From: Candidatus Heimdallarchaeota archaeon
GTDB lineage: Archaea; Asgardarchaeota; Heimdallarchaeia; Hodarchaeales; Hodarchaeaceae
DNA: 64,000 bases
Reading direction: 5' to 3'
NCBI GenBank assembly: GCA_020353515.1
Contig: CP070695.1
Coordinates: 4,879,466 to 4,943,465, forward strand
The notes under the pieces were generated by a model. It had not been told where the DNA came from. It made no database searches and saw nothing but the letters and a program-made list of their open reading frames with translations. Position numbers and translations under genes: made by a program. Shown in pieces: positions 59,655 to 64,000 of this stretch; position 1 is the first letter of the stretch, and each line of letters begins with the position of its first letter.

Positions 59655-60978
59655 TCTTAATGTACTCATAGGCCTTCCTAGCTGATTCAAAACCATAATG
59701 TATTGTTTGAAAAGGCGAACGGAATTCAGCTACTTCTTTTGCAATATCTGTAGGATCTTTTAGATCTATAAGAACCGCTTTAAAGAATTCAGCAACACTT
59801 TCCATTTCTTTTTCCTTCATTCCTAATCGAGTAATTTCTTGGGTTCCAATACGTATTCCCCCTGGATTTGTATAGTGACGTTTTTCGATAATATCCCATG
59901 GTAAGAGATTACGATTAGCGACAATATTTGCTTTTTCTAACCGTTGTTCCACATCAGCTCCTAATCCAATTGTGTCTTGAAAATTACTAATATCAACCAA
60001 GAGAGTATGAGACTCAGTAAAGCCCTTTTCTGGACACACTACTTGAAAACCTCTTTCATATAATGCTTGACCTAGAGATTTAGCATTGGTAATGATCTGC
60101 TTAGAATATGGAACACCAAATTTCTTAAATTCGGCAGCAGCAACAGCCAGGCCTGCCACATGCATAAGATGGTGATTAGAAGTCGTACTAGGAAAGGCTG
60201 CTGCTTTGATTTTTTCTGCAAGCTCTTCCCGTGCTGCTACTACTATCCCTTTTTGAGGACCAGGAAATGTTTTATGAGTTGACATGGTCATGGTATCAGT
60301 TCCTTCCCGTAGAGGATCTTGAAATTGTTTTGCCGCGATCAATCCAGCAACATGCGCCGCGTCGTAGTTCACATGAGCTCCAATTTCATGGGCTATAGGT
60401 GCAAGCTCTTTGACTGGATGAGGAAAAAGAAACACGCTAGCTCCAAACTGGACAATTTTAGGCCTTTTTTCCCGAATGGCTTTGATAGCGGCGTCAACAT
60501 CAATATTTAAGCCATAACGATCGAATGGAATATAGTCAACGTCCAAACGTGCTACAGCTCCAGCTGTACCCCCAATGAATGCCCCAGTTTTGGCTTTCAA
60601 TGGCCCAGACGATATATGGCCCCCAACTGGAATGGAAATGGCCATCATTTTATCATTAGCTTGTGCAAATGCAGTATACACCGTTAAATTGGCCACAACA
60701 CCAGATATAGGACGTGCATCGATGAATGGAGCTTCAAAAATCTCTCTCAACAGTTTTAAGCATAATTCTTCAATTTCATCAAAATATTGATTCCCTGGAT
60801 AAACTCGCTCACCTATCCAACCCTCTGCATATCGATGTACAAGGTCAGAGATTGCAGCCTCTCGGACTGCAGGACTAGTAACATTTTCACTTGCAATGAG
60901 GGGTATTGCATTCCTCCAATAATCATGATGTTTCTCCAAAATTGATCTAATTTTTATAAAATCAGGATCTAAAGACAT
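59647..60978 (-). CDS. glyA: Serine hydroxymethyltransferase (archaeal type); start placed at ATG 60978
   Basis: LIASEN, RYAEG, GGHISS, YDAAHVAGLIA, STHKTFPGPQ.G, GIRIGTQE.TR. Confidence 0.95.
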   Translation of the reverse strand: MSLDPDFIKIRSILEKHHDYWRNAIPLIASENVTSPAVREAAISDLVHRYAEGWIGERVYPGNQYFDEIEELCLKLLREIFEAPFIDARPISGVVANLTVYTAFAQANDKMMAISIPVGGHISSGPLKAKTGAFIGGTAGAVARLDVDYIPFDRYGLNIDVDAAIKAIREKRPKIVQFGASVFLFPHPVKELAPIAHEIGAHVNYDAAHVAGLIAAKQFQDPLREGTDTMTMSTHKTFPGPQKGIVVAAREELAEKIKAAAFPSTTSNHHLMHVAGLAVAAAEFKKFGVPYSKQIITNAKSLGQALYERGFQVVCPEKGFTESHTLLVDISNFQDTIGLGADVEQRLEKANIVANRNLLPWDIIEKRHYTNPGGIRIGTQEITRLGMKEKEMESVAEFFKAVLIDLKDPTDIAKEVAEFRSPFQTIHYGFESARKAYEYIKIT

Positions 60979-61214
60979 ATACTTCTCACCAATCGCGTAT
61001 TCACGGTAATTCTTGGAACTTGGATTCAATGATTGTATTAACCCATTTACAGCCAAAATTTAAAAAAATTCTCAAGATATTCAAAAATGTCTAGCTATTC
61101 ATAGATATGTTCAAAATACTACATTCCCAAACCTCTTTTCGTGATAAAAAAGATTAATCTCCTACTTATTCATCGCGAAGAAAGAAATTACTATAAGTGG
61201 CGTAGTGATCGTGA

Positions 61215-62351
61215 ATGAAAACTCAACTCTATAATTGGCATGTTAAAAACGGTGATATGATTGATTTTTCTGGATTTCAGATGCCTGTAATGTATAGCTC
61301 AATTAAGCAAGAGCATATGGCAGTAAGAAACACGACAGGCTGTTTTGATGTCTCTCATATGGGCAGGATGTGGATAAAAGGAGATGATTCAGAGAAATTC
61401 CTGAATTTACTTGTACCAAGAGATCTTTCAAAAACTCAAGATGGTAGAGCTTCGTATACTTTTGTGTTAAATGAGCACGGAGGCTTTCGTGACGATTTAG
61501 TTTTTGCTAGAATCAATAGAAATAAGTGGTTGGCAGTTTGGAATGCAGGTAATCTTGTAAAGATTAAATTATGGATGGAAACTATCAAAAATTCCCTTAA
61601 TCAATTTATAGATCTAGATGTTTCATTAGTTGATATCTCCCCGAATTCAGCCATGTTTGCGTTACAAGGACCAAAGTATCAAGATGTGTTAGTAACAGCT
61701 TTTAAGGGAAAAATCGAAGCTCCACTTCCTTGGCGAATTATAAAAGCAAATTTCAATGATATTGAACTTTTATTGTCTGGAACTGGATATACTGGAGAAA
61801 AAGGGTGCGAAATTATTGTTTTAAACACAACCCTTGAGGATCCAATAAAAGCTGAAAAAATCTGGAAACTCCTTATTGATGCTGGTAGTCAACCGTGTGG
61901 ACTTGGAGCGCGAGATTCTCTACGTCTTGAAGCTGGATTAGCCTTGTATGGTAATGATATAGACGAAAACATCAATCCTATTGAAGCTGATCTTTTCTTC
62001 CCACCTTTTATCCACATGGATAAACCCTATTTTATTGGTAAATCCCAACTTGAATGCTTCTCGAATCAAACTCCAATTCGATCACGTATAGGATTTGTGG
62101 CCCAAGAAAAAGGACCTAGCCCCAGAGCTGGAATGAAATTACTTAAAGATGGACATGAAATTGGTTTTGTTACATCTGGGGGATTTTCACCCCTTATTAA
62201 CCTTGGTGTCGGAATGGGATACGTACCCCCAATTACGAAGGAGGAAAACACTCCTATTCAGTATGAAGTTCGTGGAAAAATGCACAATGCTAGGATCGTA
62301 AACTTTCCCTTATACGATACTGATAAGTATGGTAAAGATAGGAAAATGTGA
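61215..62351 (+). CDS. gcvT: Glycine cleavage T protein (aminomethyltransferase)
   Basis: F.G..MPV.Y, FDVSHMG, ALQGP, TGYTGE.G.E, GLGARDSLRLEAG..LYG. Confidence 0.95.
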   Translation: MKTQLYNWHVKNGDMIDFSGFQMPVMYSSIKQEHMAVRNTTGCFDVSHMGRMWIKGDDSEKFLNLLVPRDLSKTQDGRASYTFVLNEHGGFRDDLVFARINRNKWLAVWNAGNLVKIKLWMETIKNSLNQFIDLDVSLVDISPNSAMFALQGPKYQDVLVTAFKGKIEAPLPWRIIKANFNDIELLLSGTGYTGEKGCEIIVLNTTLEDPIKAEKIWKLLIDAGSQPCGLGARDSLRLEAGLALYGNDIDENINPIEADLFFPPFIHMDKPYFIGKSQLECFSNQTPIRSRIGFVAQEKGPSPRAGMKLLKDGHEIGFVTSGGFSPLINLGVGMGYVPPITKEENTPIQYEVRGKMHNARIVNFPLYDTDKYGKDRKM

Positions 62352-62412
62352 CTATTCCTATGAAAGAAGGAATGGAGTGCCCTAATGGATCAAAGCCTCA
62401 TATTATAATTCG

Positions 62413-63243
62413 TTAAAAAATCGGTTCTAGAATGATAACTGTACAATTTGCCCTTTCTTGAAAATCTTCTACCTCAATTAAATTTCCAATAGTCATATTT
62501 CCTATTGTAACAGGATATGTGTAATGCATTGGAATAGCATATTGTAAGTCGGATAAGACTTGAAGAGATTCCACCACCTCAGCACCTTCTTCATCTGACA
62601 TTAATCCAGTCCCTAGTATAGGAAGAAGGGCAATATCGCAATCAATTTGTTTTATTTCAGGGATTTGGGCTGTATCTCCTGCATGATAAATTCTTACATT
62701 TCCAAAATCAACAATCACTCCAGTCCAATTGGCATCGCGAGGATGATTATCGTTATAAGCAGGTATAAATTCAATAGTAATATCAGACTCTTCTAAAGTA
62801 TCCCAAGGTTTAGTATAAGAGATCTCTTTAACTTTTAAAGATTCTACTTCTTCGAGAGCTGTCCCAAATTGATCTACTTGTGCAGGTTTAGGAGTATAAA
62901 GGATTGTGTTAATATCAGCAATAATTCTGATATCAGGTACAGAGAGATGGTCATAATGGTCATGAGTGGCAATCACAATATCTGCTCTTTCAGCATCACT
63001 TGCTAGGAGATATGGATCAATATAAACCACTAAATCCCGTGTTTTGAGTTTAAAAGCTGCAACTCCGTGCCAAGTGATGTTAACCCCATCATAGTAAAGA
63101 AAATTCTTTTCAATAATTATTACTGGCTCTTGATCAGCAGTTTTATCATTTGGTACAAAAACAAACGCTATTCCAATAAGTAAAACAAATAAAACAACTC
63201 CTACGATTCCAGCAGCTAAATATTTATTCACCAAAATGAACAC
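62413..63243 (-). CDS. Membrane-anchored metallo-beta-lactamase fold hydrolase (UlaG-like)
   Basis: N-terminal TM, IDPY, THDHYDH, PAYN..H, YHAGDT, IPMHY. Confidence 0.88.
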   Translation of the reverse strand: MFILVNKYLAAGIVGVVLFVLLIGIAFVFVPNDKTADQEPVIIIEKNFLYYDGVNITWHGVAAFKLKTRDLVVYIDPYLLASDAERADIVIATHDHYDHLSVPDIRIIADINTILYTPKPAQVDQFGTALEEVESLKVKEISYTKPWDTLEESDITIEFIPAYNDNHPRDANWTGVIVDFGNVRIYHAGDTAQIPEIKQIDCDIALLPILGTGLMSDEEGAEVVESLQVLSDLQYAIPMHYTYPVTIGNMTIGNLIEVEDFQERANCTVIILEPIF

Positions 63244-63306
63244 CTTCCTTTTTTAAAATGAAAACTAGTCTAACTGAACTGAACACATTTTTTCGAATGA
63301 ATTTAT

Positions 63307-63350
63307 ATATATTTCCAAAATTTGGAACGATGGAAAATATGGAAATATAT
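63307..63350. promoter_or_regulatory. Nested inverted repeats between divergent MBL hydrolase and HTH genes
   Basis: ATATATTTCCA (63307-17) / TGGAAATATAT (63340-50); TTCCAAA-A-TTTGGAA (63313-27). Confidence 0.5.
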
Positions 63351-63393
63351 TTATAATAATTCTTTTTCATTTAAGATGAAAGGGTTGAATTTC

Positions 63394-63999
63394 ATGAGCA
63401 AATCCTCAAATAAAACTGAATATTTATCTAGCAAAACAATATTTAAGGGGATTATAGCATTTTTAGTTTTTCGATATGGCAGCCTCACAGCTAAGCAGAT
63501 TCAAAAAAGAATTGGGTTAAAAAGACAAACAACATACAATTACCTTAAAGAATTACAGGAGGAGGGGAGAATAGAAGCTAGATATGAAAGATTAAAAGAG
63601 CGGCCAAATTTAAGCGTTGCATACTATTCAATTAAAAAACCACCCGTCTCTGAAGATGAGGATAAACCTCTTACACGAAGACATAAAGAGGGATTTAGCG
63701 TTGAAAGAATCAAAAATTCACTTGATTCGAATATCGCTGCTTTAATAGAGCTTAGAGCGGCATTCAATCGTATGACTGACGATGAAATTGATGCTTTTGT
63801 TAGATGTGGACCTAAAATATGGGGGTATTATGGATTCACATATTTACTAACTGATGAAGAGTATGGGGAGCTTCAGATTCAATTTAAAGAAATGATAGAC
63901 AGACTTCATAAAAAATGGAGTGAAAGTAAGGATCATGGAAAGCATTCTGGGAATGCCTTTATTTTTACTTTTTATAAGTCGACTGCTGATATCTTATAA
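63394..63999 (+). CDS. Winged-helix (ArsR-like) transcriptional regulator; start probably ATG 63394
   Basis: YGSLTAKQI...IGLKRQTTYNYLKELQEEG.IE...YYSI; C-terminal LTDEEY.EL...F dimerisation-type region. Confidence 0.75.
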   Translation: MSKSSNKTEYLSSKTIFKGIIAFLVFRYGSLTAKQIQKRIGLKRQTTYNYLKELQEEGRIEARYERLKERPNLSVAYYSIKKPPVSEDEDKPLTRRHKEGFSVERIKNSLDSNIAALIELRAAFNRMTDDEIDAFVRCGPKIWGYYGFTYLLTDEEYGELQIQFKEMIDRLHKKWSESKDHGKHSGNAFIFTFYKSTADIL

Positions 64000-64000
64000 C

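Noticed and set aside
1-64000. Selenoproteins or stop-codon read-through
   Set aside because: No gene appeared truncated at an in-frame TGA/TAG with homologous continuation, and no SECIS was recognised

Overview
AT-rich archaeal chromosomal segment. It is most likely from an Asgard archaeon (Heimdallarchaeia/Hodarchaeales-like), inferred from archaeal core genes (FEN1, Dph5, aCPSF1, RibK/RibL, G1PDH, archaeal tRNAs) occurring together with eukaryotic-signature-like proteins (Rab-like GTPase, Rpn11/CSN5-like JAMM, longin/gelsolin-like and TRAP-beta-like proteins). Contents in order: an 11-subunit complex I/Fpo-like operon (nuoABCDHIJKLMN, no NuoEFG/FpoF in the operon's upstream part); a B12-radical SAM gene; a ~12 kb nucleoside uptake/salvage cluster with a fused double permease; a THUMP-less ThiI; a 1655-aa beta-helix surface protein with five inserted repeats; dispersed glycine cleavage genes (H-like, P1, P2, T, glyA); scattered A/V-ATPase subunits; three tRNAs (Leu-TAG with a non-canonical D-loop intron, Val-TAC, Lys-CTT); and RNA-modification and flavin genes. 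No CRISPR array, rRNA or mobile element was seen. The best candidates for novelty are the egsA/longin-gelsolin fusion/trmI/Rpn11-like operon, the Rab-like GTPase ending in a CaaX-like motif, the intron-containing tRNA and an intergenic multi-stem structure. All calls come from motif reading; no searches were run.
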